From: an uncultured Candidatus Saccharibacteria bacterium
Lineage (GTDB): Bacteria; Patescibacteriota; Saccharimonadia; Saccharimonadales; AWTP1-31
Direction: 5' to 3'
DNA: 64,000 bases
Assembly: GCA_964634445.1 (NCBI GenBank)
Contig: CAZWJA010000001.1
Location: 10,343 to 74,342, forward strand
A program made the position numbers and the translations under genes. The notes beneath the pieces are model-generated. The model did no database searches. It was not told where the DNA came from and saw only the letters and a program-made list of their open reading frames with translations. Below, in pieces: positions 1 through 12,500 of the stretch; position 1 is the first letter of the stretch, and every line of letters begins with the position of its first letter.

Positions 1-837
1 TATTGCCAGTTGAGGGCTGGCAAGTAGACATGCAGAAACTACAAATACAGCACCTAGCGGGTTACCAATCATTGGGATCAAACCGAAAATTGCTAGAATT
101 CCTGCCAGTGCCACGGCATTAACGGAAACATGTAGAAGTGTAGAAGTCACCAGTAAGAAAACTAGGAAGAAAGAGGCGGCAATTGATGCCATTATCAGCT
201 GTCCGTTAACATAACCAGTTACCATCCGGTACATCTTGTAAACCATTTCTTTCTTTTGTTCGCGCTCGTCTTCGGGGATAAGTACTGACAAGCGCTTAAG
301 CCAAGTCGGACCTTCGTTCAACATCATAAATGTCATGGCTAGAACGGCAAGAATTGAGACTAGTGTCCCAGTAACTCTGGTAAACGTGTTTAATACCGGC
401 TTGGCACCAACTCGAGAAGTAAAGTCTTTATTAAATGTGTCTATCTGCTTGTCCAAACCGTACTTTCTAACCGCTCGTCCAACAGTAGAATCTTCAGTCT
501 TTAAGTTTTGGACCGTCGACGGAATTTGACCGACGAAGTCACTAACTTGAGTTATTAAAGGCGGTATTACCAATGAAAAGAAAGTTGTTAACGCTACTAA
601 AACAGTTATGAACGCGACAGCTGTCGGCAAAGTCCGACTTTTGCCTTTCAGATGCCGAGAAACCCAGCTAACGGCAGGATTGAGAGCCATCGCCAAAAAG
701 AAAGCAACTAAAATCAAAGTAATCGGGTGGGCCAAAGCAACAATCGCTCTAAGTAGTAAGACAGATCCTAGGACTACGACGATTATTCTAAATAACGTAT
801 TATAGCTAACTGTTAATTCTGTTTTATTTTTAGTCAT
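1..837 (-). CDS. AI-2E family (PerM/UPF0118-like) membrane transporter, 3' end cut by window edge
   Basis: Hand-translated open minus-strand frame from ATG at 837 to position 1 with no stop. It has multiple hydrophobic TM segments. It is not in the ORF track because no stop codon falls inside the window. Confidence 0.5.
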   Translation of the reverse strand, partial: MTKNKTELTVSYNTLFRIIVVVLGSVLLLRAIVALAHPITLILVAFFLAMALNPAVSWVSRHLKGKSRTLPTAVAFITVLVALTTFFSLVIPPLITQVSDFVGQIPSTVQNLKTEDSTVGRAVRKYGLDKQIDTFNKDFTSRVGAKPVLNTFTRVTGTLVSILAVLAMTFMMLNEGPTWLKRLSVLIPEDEREQKKEMVYKMYRMVTGYVNGQLIMASIAASFFLVFLLVTSTLLHVSVNAVALAGILAIFGLIPMIGNPLGAVFVVSACLLASPQLAI

Positions 838-858
838 AGTCTAATTATGCCACCACAA

Positions 859-1968
859 TTATTTTATAGCCAGCTTGTTTAATGCTTGTTCATAGACGTT
901 TAGAATTTTCGGACCGATCACCTCAACATCAAATGTTTTGACGAGCCCAGATTGCCAGTCGTGAAGTGATTTAGATAAAGTTTTGTCACTTAGCAGCTTA
1001 TCCATCAGATCTGCCAGTTGCTGTGTTTTATAAGGGTCAAAAAGGACCAAAGGGTTATCATTCATTGTTGAAGCGTATCCTGGATTATTACCGGCAATAA
1101 CGACACCCGATCCGGCGGACATAGCTTCGAGCAGTACGATTCCGAAACTTTCACCTCCGGTACTTGGAAATACCGCAATGTCGGCTTGGGCTAAGAACTT
1201 CGTTTTATTTTTGTTGTCTATGAAGCCTGCGAATTTAACCCGGTCGGTTATATTTAGATCTTTGGCCATTTTTTTAAGTTTCATTTCAAGTGGACCTTTA
1301 CCGCCGATTATCAGCTGCACGTTTTTATCTTGAAGTCTGGCAAAAGCGGTTAATAAATACTTGGCGCCTTTTCGCTCGACTAAGCGACCTAAGAAAACTA
1401 TCTTCTTTTGCTTGTTCTTAACGATGTTGCTACTAGATTTAATAATCTCAACCATGTTTGGTATTACTTGGCTAGTAATTCCGGTTGTGCTGAGCATAAA
1501 GTTTTTAGCCGGGACGCTGACACTGATATAAGCATCGATTTTCTGCATCGATTTACTCGTGACCCGACTTAAAGCTTTGGCACCGGCATGGACTATCTTG
1601 GAAGCCGGAAATATATGAAACGTACTAATTATTTTTGTACCTTTTGGTGCAAGATTAATGATTCGTCCTACTAACTGAGGACTGTACGGCGTTTGGACAT
1701 GTAAAATATCGAATTGTTCCCGCTCAAGTAGCTGTTTTATCTTATTCTTATCAGCCGGGCGGGGAATGCTAAGCTTGTTTTTATTGAAGCTGACTTTGAT
1801 ATTCTTAGCCAGGCTGTGAACGTTTGGAATGTCTTTCCGCTTTGTTTCACCGACTAAAAAATGCACCTCATGGCCTTTTGTTTTTAACCAGCTACTTAAT
1901 GTCAAAACATACTGTTGGACACCATCAGGGTTGTCCAAACTGTCATCGAGAACAAAACCTATTTTCAC
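859..1968 (-). CDS. Glycosyltransferase family 1 (GT-B, GT4-like)
   Basis: C-terminal E-x7-E region ESFGIVLLEAMSAGSGVV...GNNPGY typical of GT1. Its start overlaps the upstream GT1 stop by 4 nt. Confidence 0.8.
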   Translation of the reverse strand: MKIGFVLDDSLDNPDGVQQYVLTLSSWLKTKGHEVHFLVGETKRKDIPNVHSLAKNIKVSFNKNKLSIPRPADKNKIKQLLEREQFDILHVQTPYSPQLVGRIINLAPKGTKIISTFHIFPASKIVHAGAKALSRVTSKSMQKIDAYISVSVPAKNFMLSTTGITSQVIPNMVEIIKSSSNIVKNKQKKIVFLGRLVERKGAKYLLTAFARLQDKNVQLIIGGKGPLEMKLKKMAKDLNITDRVKFAGFIDNKNKTKFLAQADIAVFPSTGGESFGIVLLEAMSAGSGVVIAGNNPGYASTMNDNPLVLFDPYKTQQLADLMDKLLSDKTLSKSLHDWQSGLVKTFDVEVIGPKILNVYEQALNKLAIK

Positions 1969-3107
1969 AAAGAAACCTTAGCGGCTTTTTTTGTTTTTAG
2001 AGCTTTTTGGTAAGCGGCTTCGTACATACTGACGACTTTTTTATAATCAAATTGCTGGACATAATCTTTTGCCCATTGCAGCCAAAGTTTTCTTATATTG
2101 GCGTCATACAGCATAATTTCCAGGCGCTGTGCGAAATCATCTTTAGATTTCGGATTAACTAAGCTAAGTTTGCCTCGCTCTGTCATTACGCTGGTATAAC
2201 CAGGATTATTTCCGCAGACCACGACTGTCCCAGCTGCCATCGCCTCTAGTAATACAATGCCGAAGCTCTCACCGTATAAAGCTGGGCTGCAATAAAGATC
2301 GCAGTTCTGCATGAGGCTTATTTTCTTTTTTTCGCTTACGAATCCCAAGAAACTTACGTCTGGAATATCGTGCCGGTCAACATAGTTTTCCAGACTGCTC
2401 CGCAGATCTCCATCGCCGGCAATAACTAACTTGGCATCGGAAAAATTCTGCCTAAGCAAGGCGTAGGCTTCGACTAAATATCTAACACCTTTTCTTTTTT
2501 CTAACCGGCCAATATATAGAATAGTTTTTTTCTTACTGGTTTGTTTAGGGCTTGTTGGCAGATAATCGGTTAGTTTGATTCCGTTTGGAATAATCTCAAT
2601 GTCAGCTTGAGGGGCATATGCCTGTGCCGTTGCTTTGGCAACTACACTGACAGCAGTTATTGCATGCAACCTAGGTTCTATGAACCTAGCAGCCGGCTTC
2701 ATTAGCTTTTCGAAAGATTTACTGACCATTCCTTCTGGCAGTGTGGCATGCATGGTACCAACATTGGCTGAAGTTGAACGGCTAAGCAACTGCATGCCCC
2801 AAACCGGAAGTCCCGGCTCGTGAAAATGCAGAACGTCGAAATTTTGTTCTTCAAACAAAGCGTCTATTTTTTCATTCGAGCGGTTGATACTGATATCGGC
2901 TTTAGTAGCAAAAGGTGTTTGGAACTCAGTCGAACCGCCCAGCAGAATAATATCCGGGTCGACTTTTTCAGGCAGTTTGCGTGGGCGAGGAGCAATAATC
3001 CTAACGTAGTGGCCACGTTTTTCTAACTCATGGGCTATTTCTTTAACGCATACCTGAACACCGCCGGGGCGGTAGTAGTTATACGGACAAACGATCCCAA
3101 TACGCAT
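1965..3107 (-). CDS. Glycosyltransferase family 1 (GT-B, GT4-like)
   Basis: ESFGIVLLEAMAAGTVVVCGNNPGY motif. Tandem paralog of the 859..1968 GT1. Confidence 0.8.
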   Translation of the reverse strand: MRIGIVCPYNYYRPGGVQVCVKEIAHELEKRGHYVRIIAPRPRKLPEKVDPDIILLGGSTEFQTPFATKADISINRSNEKIDALFEEQNFDVLHFHEPGLPVWGMQLLSRSTSANVGTMHATLPEGMVSKSFEKLMKPAARFIEPRLHAITAVSVVAKATAQAYAPQADIEIIPNGIKLTDYLPTSPKQTSKKKTILYIGRLEKRKGVRYLVEAYALLRQNFSDAKLVIAGDGDLRSSLENYVDRHDIPDVSFLGFVSEKKKISLMQNCDLYCSPALYGESFGIVLLEAMAAGTVVVCGNNPGYTSVMTERGKLSLVNPKSKDDFAQRLEIMLYDANIRKLWLQWAKDYVQQFDYKKVVSMYEAAYQKALKTKKAAKVSL

Positions 3108-3145
3108 TAAACAATATTATAGCTAAAAACGGTTTAACTGTTAAT

Positions 3146-4102
3146 TTACTTTTTACGACTGTTCTGTGATTTGGCTGCCAGCATTCTTTTCAGCTTATAT
3201 GGGATTATACTTTCTGCCTCGGAAGCTGAGGCAATCACAGTCGGACCATGCTGTTCACCTTTAGACCACAAAACCGTAACCTTGTTATAAATTACACCGA
3301 GATGCTGCTCAACAACATGGTTATCGAAATAGCGGTCGCCCTTAACCGCAATATGTACGACCGGTAAGTCTATTTTTTCATTTAGAAGATTTAGTTTAAA
3401 CATACTGACGGCAGTGTCCATATAGGTCCTAATATCATTAATCTGCCAAAGTTTGATTTCGAAATCAATCCGCTTTTTTCGTTCTTCTTCGTCGGCATCC
3501 TTCATTTTCGGATTAGTACTGGCAACCCGGTTATAGGTAGCACGGATAAAACTAGGCCGGAGGGCAACATGCTGGGCAAACGTTGCCGGCAGCCGGTTTG
3601 AGAAAATACTGGATCCGTATCTAAGTAGGAAAAAATTACGTTTGGTGAAGATAAATTCTTCATGGTGAACAAAACCAACTGCACTAATCAACAATTCAAC
3701 TTTTCCTATAAGTTCAGGGCTTCTCTGAAGCATCCGAGTAATGATTGCGAAACCTTGGCTCATTGCCATTATAGTTACTTTTTTACGCCGGTACTTGAGC
3801 TTGATAAATGCTGCCAGATAATCAGCCAAATTGTCGAAGCTTGGTTTCTCACCGATTTTGTAAAAAGAATCCATCCCGCCATAACCAGGTAAATCCGGCA
3901 TGGTAACAGCTCCGTATTTATTTAGAGCTTCAGCAAATCCGAAATGTCGCTCTAAACTAGCGTGCATACCGTAAACAAACATAATTTCGCGGGTTTTACC
4001 ACGAGGTGCAGGCATTCTTAACATGCGACCCTGCATACCGTTCATTAGCAGCGGTTCGATATAATCTTCGGGATCTTTTAAAATATTATCTGTCATCGTC
4101 AA
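3146..4102 (-). CDS. Alpha/beta-fold hydrolase
   Basis: GxSxG-type nucleophile elbow (MAMSQGFAI). Length is typical of the fold. Confidence 0.55.
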   Translation of the reverse strand: MTMTDNILKDPEDYIEPLLMNGMQGRMLRMPAPRGKTREIMFVYGMHASLERHFGFAEALNKYGAVTMPDLPGYGGMDSFYKIGEKPSFDNLADYLAAFIKLKYRRKKVTIMAMSQGFAIITRMLQRSPELIGKVELLISAVGFVHHEEFIFTKRNFFLLRYGSSIFSNRLPATFAQHVALRPSFIRATYNRVASTNPKMKDADEEERKKRIDFEIKLWQINDIRTYMDTAVSMFKLNLLNEKIDLPVVHIAVKGDRYFDNHVVEQHLGVIYNKVTVLWSKGEQHGPTVIASASEAESIIPYKLKRMLAAKSQNSRKK

Positions 4103-4174
4103 GTAAAAATGTACTTTAATTTTTACTTCTTGCCAACCATCTTATTAAAAAATGTAGTTTAGGGGGTTATACTA

Positions 4175-4978
4175 TTGGTTGTGTCAAAACTAAATAAAAG
4201 TCTATTTATCCTTCCTCCGGTTGTTTTAATATTAGTTATTATTTTGCTTACTTGGATTTTTGTTGGAAAGAAAGCAGCTGTATCTTTTAATGATCTAAGG
4301 AATTTAAAAACAGTACAAAAATCTACACCGGCACAGAACAATAAAACAGATAAGCCGTTCGACAAGAATAAAAATTCAATCACCGACCCGTCAAGTATTT
4401 GGGTAGTTGTGAATAAAATTAATCCTATTCGGCCGAACGATTATGCACCGTCAGATTTGGTCGTCCCAGATATACTGCTTCGTAACAGCAGCACCTCACC
4501 CGAGATGCTGGTCAGAAGCGAAGCCGCCTCAGCACTGAAGAAAATGTCGGATGCGGCCAATGCTGAATCTATTGGTCTGCGTCTGGCTAGTGGTTACCGG
4601 TCGTATGGTTTGCAAATCGTAATCTACAACAATTACGTAAAAACTCAAGGTCAAGCGGTTGCCGACAGCCAAAGTGCTCGTGCCGGATTCTCAGAACACC
4701 AAACCGGCCTAACTGTAGACCTAGAGCCGGCCAATCGTAAGTGTGAAATTGCAGATTGCTTTGCTGACACCGCTGAAGGTAAGTGGCTGGCTGCAAATGC
4801 TTACAAACATGGTTTTATACTTAGATATCCGCCTGATTCTCAGCCAATTGTCGGTTACAAATACGAGCCTTGGCATTTTAGATATGTCGGTACAGAACTG
4901 TCCAACGAAATGAATAAAACTGGCCAGAAATATCTAGAACGTTTTTTCGGCTTACCAGACGCACCTGATTACAATTAG
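4175..4978 (+). CDS. D-alanyl-D-alanine carboxypeptidase, VanY/M15B family, membrane-anchored
   Basis: N-terminal TM, then SGYRSY, SEHQTGLTVDL and EPWHFRY motifs typical of zinc M15B peptidases. Confidence 0.8.
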   Translation: MVVSKLNKSLFILPPVVLILVIILLTWIFVGKKAAVSFNDLRNLKTVQKSTPAQNNKTDKPFDKNKNSITDPSSIWVVVNKINPIRPNDYAPSDLVVPDILLRNSSTSPEMLVRSEAASALKKMSDAANAESIGLRLASGYRSYGLQIVIYNNYVKTQGQAVADSQSARAGFSEHQTGLTVDLEPANRKCEIADCFADTAEGKWLAANAYKHGFILRYPPDSQPIVGYKYEPWHFRYVGTELSNEMNKTGQKYLERFFGLPDAPDYN

Positions 4979-6222
4979 AAAGAGTAGGCTCGTCTTAGCC
5001 GCCAGGCATTATCCGGCATCTTTACTTGAGATTTTAATACAACTTCGCCGATCACTTTGTCGTTAAGTTTATAACCACCGACTCTTTGGCCTGGTTTTTT
5101 GTCGACTTTAATATCTTCCAATATTGGATATGCTTTTATTTTACTTCCCACCCAGCCGAAAACGGATATGTCGCTCGCCAGCACAGCTGCAGATCTTTCA
5201 CCCCATTGGCTTTGGTAATAGCCGACGGTATCTCCGCTGCTTGCCAGTTTTATATTAGTAAAGTTGTTCTTTACAGCCTCTAGCAGGGGACGAGTGTCGT
5301 TCATGGCATTGGACCTTGCTGATGCACCTAAAACTACCGCTATTACTGTTTTCTTTTGGCCATTACTTAGTGTTTTGACGGCAGAAGCCAAAAAACATCC
5401 ACCTGCTTCTTCTGTATTACCAGTTTTAATGCCGTTAATGCCGTCAGAATTCAACAGATAGTTGACATTTTTTATTTGCCCATGCACTGGGATAACTGCA
5501 TCAGTTTGGCCGACAATTTCAGATAGAACCGGTTCTTTTAGAGCTGCTTGTCCTAGCAAAATAAGATCATGCGCGGTGCTGGTAGTGTTAGGTGAAAATC
5601 CGCTGGCATCAGAAATAACTGTCTGATTCATTCCAAGCGACTTGGCAAAACTGTTAGCAAAGTCGATATATTGTTTCATGCTTCCAAATGCCCATGAAGC
5701 CATGGTATCTGCCATGTTATTAGCAGAGGGCAACATCATAGCCTGCAGTCCCTGGTACTGAGTTATTTTTTCACCTTCCTGGACGCTTACAACACTGCCG
5801 TTATTGGCTAAATAGCGGTTGTAGTAGCTAATATCGGTGCTTGTTAAGGTAATTGTTTCGCCAGTCTGCCCGGGTTTTAAAGGTTTTTTATTTAAGACTG
5901 CTAGAGCCGTTAGCGTTTTGGTGATGCTGGCAATTGGCCGAGGAGTTTGGCTTGGACTGGATGCCAGGAATCCTGAGTCCAAGTCACCAACTGCAGCTTG
6001 ACCATAACTCGGCCATCTGATATCCGGCGATCTTGGTTGATATACCAAAGATTTAGCTTCGGCTTTTAGAACTGGCAATGGCTGGTTGTACCGGACTAGA
6101 ACAACAGATGAATACAGAAGAATTAAGATCACTCCAATTATGCTGGTCAATCTCAACCAGCGGGTGGGTCTTTTTCTGACCTTACGCTTAGTCATTACCC
6201 GACGATGGTCAATAATATTCAT
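4975..6222 (-). CDS. Serine-type D-Ala-D-Ala carboxypeptidase (PBP5/DacA-like, S11), N-terminal TM anchor
   Basis: SxxK (ASITKTL), SxN (PSANN) and KTG (IKTGNT) motifs. The start is reassigned to the ATG at 6222, which has an AGGT Shine-Dalgarno sequence. The longer track ORF (to 6426) runs antisense through tRNA-Gln. Confidence 0.8.
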   Translation of the reverse strand: MNIIDHRRVMTKRKVRKRPTRWLRLTSIIGVILILLYSSVVLVRYNQPLPVLKAEAKSLVYQPRSPDIRWPSYGQAAVGDLDSGFLASSPSQTPRPIASITKTLTALAVLNKKPLKPGQTGETITLTSTDISYYNRYLANNGSVVSVQEGEKITQYQGLQAMMLPSANNMADTMASWAFGSMKQYIDFANSFAKSLGMNQTVISDASGFSPNTTSTAHDLILLGQAALKEPVLSEIVGQTDAVIPVHGQIKNVNYLLNSDGINGIKTGNTEEAGGCFLASAVKTLSNGQKKTVIAVVLGASARSNAMNDTRPLLEAVKNNFTNIKLASSGDTVGYYQSQWGERSAAVLASDISVFGWVGSKIKAYPILEDIKVDKKPGQRVGGYKLNDKVIGEVVLKSQVKMPDNAWRLRRAYSF

Positions 6223-6350
6223 TTTACCTATCTGATTATTGTTAACCCCATTATAGCAAAAGCAATATCCATAAGGGGTAAGTAGTTTGTAAAAGCAGTA
6301 GAAATAAGCTAAAATAAGCTCCGATCGCAACTCAGTAAACCAATAATTAA

Positions 6351-6425
6351 TAGGGCGTGGCCAAGTGGTAAGGCACCAGTTTTTGGTACTGGCATTCGGG
6401 GGTTCGAATCCCTCCGCCCTAGCCA
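6351..6425 (+). tRNA. tRNA-Gln (anticodon TTG)
   Basis: Manual cloverleaf fold. U1:A72 acceptor pair (TAGGGCG/CGCCCTA) as in bacterial tRNA-Gln. Anticodon stem CCAGT/ACTGG with loop TTTTGGT. T-loop TTCGAAT. Encoded G-CCA 3' end. Confidence 0.8.
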
Positions 6426-6437
6426 AGAAATATCAAA

Positions 6438-6459
6438 GACCTCTTTCGAGGTTTTTTTG
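6438..6459 (+). terminator. Rho-independent terminator after tRNA-Gln
   Basis: GACCTC-TTTC-GAGGT hairpin followed by a T7 run. Confidence 0.55.
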
Positions 6460-6553
6460 TTTATCGTTTTGACTATTTTCGCATAAGTGGTGCTTCAGAT
6501 AACAATTATTCTGCTATAATACTGCTATAGCTTTTATCAATTTGCGGGGATGG

Positions 6554-9500
6554 ATGTCCAAATATAAACATACACTTAAAAAGGTAGCTGCACATGGGCG
6601 TCGAGCCTATGTTGTTGCCAAGCCCCATGCTAAAAAGGCAGTTGGTAAAACGGTTCATCATTCTAAGAAGATAGCTAGGAAATCGTATCATTTGAGCAAA
6701 GTCGGAGCTCAAAAGAGTATTAAAAAAGCTAAGGTCGTACACAGACAAGTTGCAGTCAAGCCGCACCAGTATTTAACAGGGAAATGGGCGTTATACCGCA
6801 AGTGGCACGATTGGCGCTGGCATCAAATGACTCATTATTCTTTGCTAGGACTATATATGTTGGTCATCGGAGTTACACTTTTCAGAAGTTTTAGCTTTGT
6901 TTTGGCTGCCGATCTGTCTAACAACTGGGATTTTTCTAATGCCAGTGACTACACCTTAGATAGCGGTGTCGAAAATACTGGTTCTGCAGCAAGATTAAAA
7001 GCCCAAAATTACAGCTCAGATGCAAACACATCAGCACTTTATCATTTAGATGAATCTTCTGGTACTACTGCAAGCGACAGCTCGGCAAATGCTAATAATC
7101 TAAGCCTCCAGAATTCCCCAACTTTTGGTACTGGCAATTTAAATAATGGCCTGACCTTAAATGGCACCACCCAGTTTGGAAGTGCTAGTGACAGTAGTAG
7201 CTTGTCGCCGACCAGCCAACAAACATTAGAAGGCTGGTTCAAACCCGGAGCTACATATGACAATACAGCTAATTCAAGTCAAACTTTAATTGATAAGGGT
7301 TCTTATAAAGTCGGATTAGATAGAACATCAGGAAAGATTTATTCAGAACTTCAAAACAATAATTTAGGTAGCTGGACTAGGCAAATGGGTGGCGAAGTAA
7401 ACGGTAGCTGGTCTACGGCTCATTACCAAATCGATTCGAGCGCAAATGACGGTACTAACTACTATGTTGGTACTGGTGGTCTTGCCGGAGACGCCGAAGT
7501 TTGGAAATGGAACGGTTCATCTTGGTCTAAATTAGGTGGAGACTCTTTAAATGGCAGCTGGGCGGATTTCACTTATGAAAGCGTAACTGCCATGGAAGTA
7601 CATTCTGGAAGTCTTTTCATTGGGCTTGGTGTAAGTACTGTAGATGGCGAAGTATGGTCGTGTTCCCTGGTAAGCAACTGTTCATCATGGTCAAAAATTG
7701 CAGGTGATGGTGTAGGTATTATTGGACTAGGCTACGAAGCAATCAGGTCTATGGTAAGCCATGATGGAAAACTTTATATTGGTACCGGTGATGGTTCGAC
7801 AGGTAGCGGGACAGACGGAGATGTCTATCGTTACGAAAGTGGCACCACTTGGACACAAATCGGTGGAGATGGCCTAAACAGCGGTTGGGCCGCAAACACA
7901 AATGAAACTATCGTGGAATTAACTAGCGACGGCACAAGCTTATATGCCGGTACAGGGGGCTTACACGCAGGAGATGGCGAAGTTTGGAAATGGAACGGTA
8001 CTATTTGGACAAAGTTAGGAGGCGACGGACTAAATTCTAGCTGGAATACAGTTTATGAAACTGTAAACTCAATTATGTCCGTAGGGAGTGACCTTTATGC
8101 CGGAACCGGTAACAGCACATTAGATGCCGAAGTTTGGAAACTTAGTGGGGGAACTTGGTCTAAAATTGGCGGTGATGGAGTAGGTTCAAGTTGGAGCAGC
8201 GCTGGAATAACAAACGTCTTAGACATGGTAAATGATGGGACTAATATATATGCAACATTAGGATCAACATCCGCATTGGGACAGGTATATAGCATGCCAA
8301 TCGCCGGTAGTACCTGGACTTTAATTGGTGGAAATGCAGGTAATAATAATTCATGGACTGGTGCTAACAGCGTGGGTGCACTAGAGTATTTTAATTCTCA
8401 ACTTTATGCCACACCATGGACAAGCGGTGCGTTCGGTTCAGGAGCTTATACTTGGAACGGCTCATCGTGGACAACTATTGGGGGCGGTTATTTAAATGGT
8501 AGCTGGGGAGGCCAAAATACAGGTAATGTAAGTGCCTCGACTGTAATGAACGGAAAAATGTATGTTGGCCTTGGTGCTGGACTTAACAATGCAATGGTTT
8601 ATGAATGGGATGGCACTACAGCCAATATTATTGGTGGCGGATCAGGTGTGAACGGAAGCTGGGGAAACTGGACATATGAATCAATTACATCTATGACGGC
8701 ATACAACGGTAAGCTCTATGTAGGAACTGGAATAGGTAATGGAGATGGAGAAGTTTGGCGATGGGATTTTGGTTCGTGGACTAAAGTTGGTGGAGATGGA
8801 CTTAATAACGGTATGTCGGCTACTATCGCTACGGTCGACAGCATGACCGTTTATAAGGGCAAGTTATATGCAGGTACCGGATCGACATTGAACAACGGTC
8901 ACGTATGGGAATATGATGGATCGACATGGACTAAAGTTGCCGGTACAGGAGTAGCTAATACATTCGGCTCAAATGACGTCATGTCTATGTCTGTATATAA
9001 CGATCAATTATGTGTTGGCAATGGTGGCGCCAGCTCGCAAGCTCAAGTTTGGTGCTGGTCAGGTAGTGGGGCTTGGACAAGAATTGCCGGTGCAGGATTG
9101 AATAGCAGCTGGGCATCTACTACATCAAAATTTATGTCAGCTATGGCTATATATAATGATAAGTTATACGTTACTTTAAGTGACACATTATTAGTCAGTG
9201 AGGTTTGGTCTTGGGATGGTACAACATGGTCGCAAATCGGCGGTGCCGGATTAAATAGCGGCTGGCAAGATGGATCGTATAGTCAGATAAACGCGTTGTC
9301 AGTTTACAATGGTGATTTGTATGCTGCTACTGGTTATAAAACTACTAACGGTTCTGGCGCCGGAGATGTTTGGAGATATAACGGAACAGGCTGGACACAA
9401 ATTGGTGGGGACAACTTAAATGGCGGTTGGGGAAACACACTTGAAGTTGTTTCTACGCTAACACAATACAAAGGCAAGCTATATGCCGGCACTGGCTTTA

Positions 9501-12500
9501 CCGCAAATGCTGACGCCAACGTTTATTCTATTGGGAATAATGGCTATGTAGAATCTACTACCTCATCTTTTAATTCTTCCTGGCACCACTTTGCAGCAAG
9601 CTATAACGGATCAAGTTTTAAGTTGTACATTGATGGCACGCAGGAAGCGTCACAAAACTCCAGCTTTACAATTACCGATAATACTAAAAGCTTTTTAGTT
9701 GGAAAAGGTATAGGAAGTGCGAATGCCGGATATGGTGAAAGTTTTTTTAACGGTTCGTTAGACGAGATACGAATAAGTGATACGGCTCGTAGTAGCTTTA
9801 CTACTAAGCCATACAGTACAACCGCTCAAGGAGTTGTTCTTGCAGACTCAGTCAGGAATACCGGCGTCGAGCATTGGGATGGACTGGCATCGAGCGAAAC
9901 TGCTAATGGCGGGGCTATTTCCTACCAACTTAGTGACGATGATGGTACAACTTGGAAATATTGGACTGGCAGTGCGTGGTCGGCAGTTGGTTCGAATACG
10001 GACTCAAATAATATTTCGATTATTAATACTAATATCGCAACTTTTCCGACTACATTCGACGGTATTAAGTGGAAAGCTATACTTCTTGGCGATGGAAATC
10101 AAAGGGTGCAGTTAAATTCCGTTACCTTGACGGCAACATCAGATAGCTTAGCCCCGGAAACTAATGCATCGGCAATTACAGCTAAAAAATCTAATGGCGG
10201 TGCCAGTCTTGCGAGCAACGGATGGACTAATGGGGCATCACCATACTTTACCTGGACTGCCGGAACTGACTCGGGTTCAGATATACTAGGATACTGTTTA
10301 TACCTTGGTCAAACTGGCTCTTCTGATCCAATTTCTACTAAAGGACTACTCGGAACTAGTCCGGTTAACACTGGTGGGAATTGCCAGTTTGCGATAAGTG
10401 GCAACACGCTAGACCTCAGTCTTTCAGGTCTGCTAGGTACGGCTTTAACTTCGTCAGATGATCCATATTACCTAAATATTAAAGCGATTGATAATGCTGG
10501 AAATATTTTTGATACAAGCGAACAATTTCAATTTCGGTTCGACAATACACCGCCAACCAACCCAGGTTTTGTTTCTGCGCCATCTAGCTTTATTAATACC
10601 AAATCAGCAACCCTGACTTGGCCGACGGGCGGAGGACAGGCTGCTAATGATGACAACTCTGGAGTCGCCGGTTTGCAATACAAGATCGGAAATACTACTT
10701 GGTATGGAGATAGTCATACTGGTACAGGAGATATTAACGATCTACTGGCAAATGACGGCAATTACACTACCGTCGATCCGACCGACTTCGACAACATAAA
10801 CGATGGAGTAAACACATTTAGCTTTAGGACTTGGGACCAGGCTGGGAACATTAGTAGTAGTACAGTGACAGCTGCATTAAAAGTTAATACCAGCGGCGCA
10901 CCAAGCGAACCTCAGAACCTGCAGGCAACTCCTTCGACCAACACCACTAACTCATTTGCGTTTTCTTGGGATGCACCGGCAACGTTTAATACAACCACCG
11001 GAAATGCCGACAAACTTAGCTATTGTTATACAGTTAATACACTACCGACAGCTAACAACTGTATCTTTACGTCTGCCGGAGTAACAAGTCTAAACGCTGG
11101 GTCATACGCTACTCAACCAGGCGCTAATACCTTTTATGTTGTTGCCAAGGACGACTTCAACGCAATTAGTTATTCTAGTTACACATCCGTTACATTTACA
11201 GCCAATACATCGGCTCCGGGTATGCCCCTTAACACCGACATCGTAGACGTTTCCGTAAAATCTACTAGTAACTGGAGACTGGCTGTGACATGGGATACTC
11301 CTGACGACGTCGGCGCGGGTATAGCCAGCTACAAGCTCTACCGGTCGACAGATAACTCTGGCTTTACTCAAGTCGGAACTAGTTCTAGCACATCATTTGT
11401 CGATGCAAACCTAAGTCAGCAAACTTACTATTACAAAGTCAAAGCATGTGACAGTGCCAACAATTGTGGCGCTTATGGAACGACAGTCTCAATGCTACCG
11501 ACAGGCAAATTTACAACTCCTGCTGTAATTACCAGTGAACCGATCGTGACTAACACGACAACTAAAAAAGCAACTGTTTCCTGGTCAACAGATCGGGCTT
11601 CTGACAGTAAGATTAGCTTAGGCACCCAGAGTGGCACATACAGCCCAAGTGAAGTAGGTAATTCAGATCAAGTTACGGCTCACGTAATTGACCTCGACAA
11701 TCTAGCTGCCGGTACGACCTATTATTTCAAAACTAAGTGGACTGACGAAGACGGTAACACTGGTACAAGTCAAGAATATACCTTTACGACCTCACCAGCT
11801 CCGGTATTAAAAGAAGTCAATACTTTGTCAATTGGCTTATCTAATGCCACGATTCAGTTCACTACAAAAGATTCAGTTAAAACAGATATTAATTATGGTA
11901 AATCAGATTCATTCGGCGGAATTAAAACGATTAATACATCTAGTGTTGAATCAACTTATGCTATGGATCTGGCAGGTTTAGACGATGGAACTAAATACTT
12001 TTACCGCCTAACTATGTACGATTCAGAAGGCGGATCCTATCAAAGCAGCATCTTCTCGCTAACAACTCCTCAACGGCCTAAAATCAGCAACCTAAAATTC
12101 CAACCGGTACCAAACGAACCGACTAGCACCCAGCAGGTTACATGGACAACAAACGTAGCTACCAACTCTTCAATTAATTTCGGTAAGATTGGAACAACCG
12201 GAATTATTCAGCAGAGTCAGGAAATGAAAACAACGCACGAAATGATAATCCGAGGGCTGGAAGATGACAGCGAATACTTCTTATTTGCTGAAGGCAGGGA
12301 TGCTAATGGTAATCTAGCCACATCTGAACGCCAGGTCTTCAAAACAGCTCTAGATACTAGGGCGCCAGAAATAACAGATATTACAATTGAACCTGCTATC
12401 CGTGGCTCCGGCGTAGAAGCCAGAGGCCAGATTGTTGTTTCTTGGAAGACCGATGAACCATCTACCAGCCAGGTTGCATTCGCAGAAGGATCAAATGTAA

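Noticed and set aside
6223-6426. N-terminal extension of the track ORF 4975..6426 (MARAEGFEPPNASTKNW...)
   Set aside because: This stretch is the antisense translation of tRNA-Gln (6351-6425) and its flank. An internal ATG at 6222 with an AGGT Shine-Dalgarno precedes the TM segment of the carboxypeptidase, so the extension is an ORF-caller artefact.
7480-9540. Periodic DNA repeats resembling a repeat array
   Set aside because: They are the coding repeats of the giant surface protein: in-frame, variable in sequence, with no spacer/repeat regularity. This is not a CRISPR array, and no CRISPR-like array was seen anywhere in the window.
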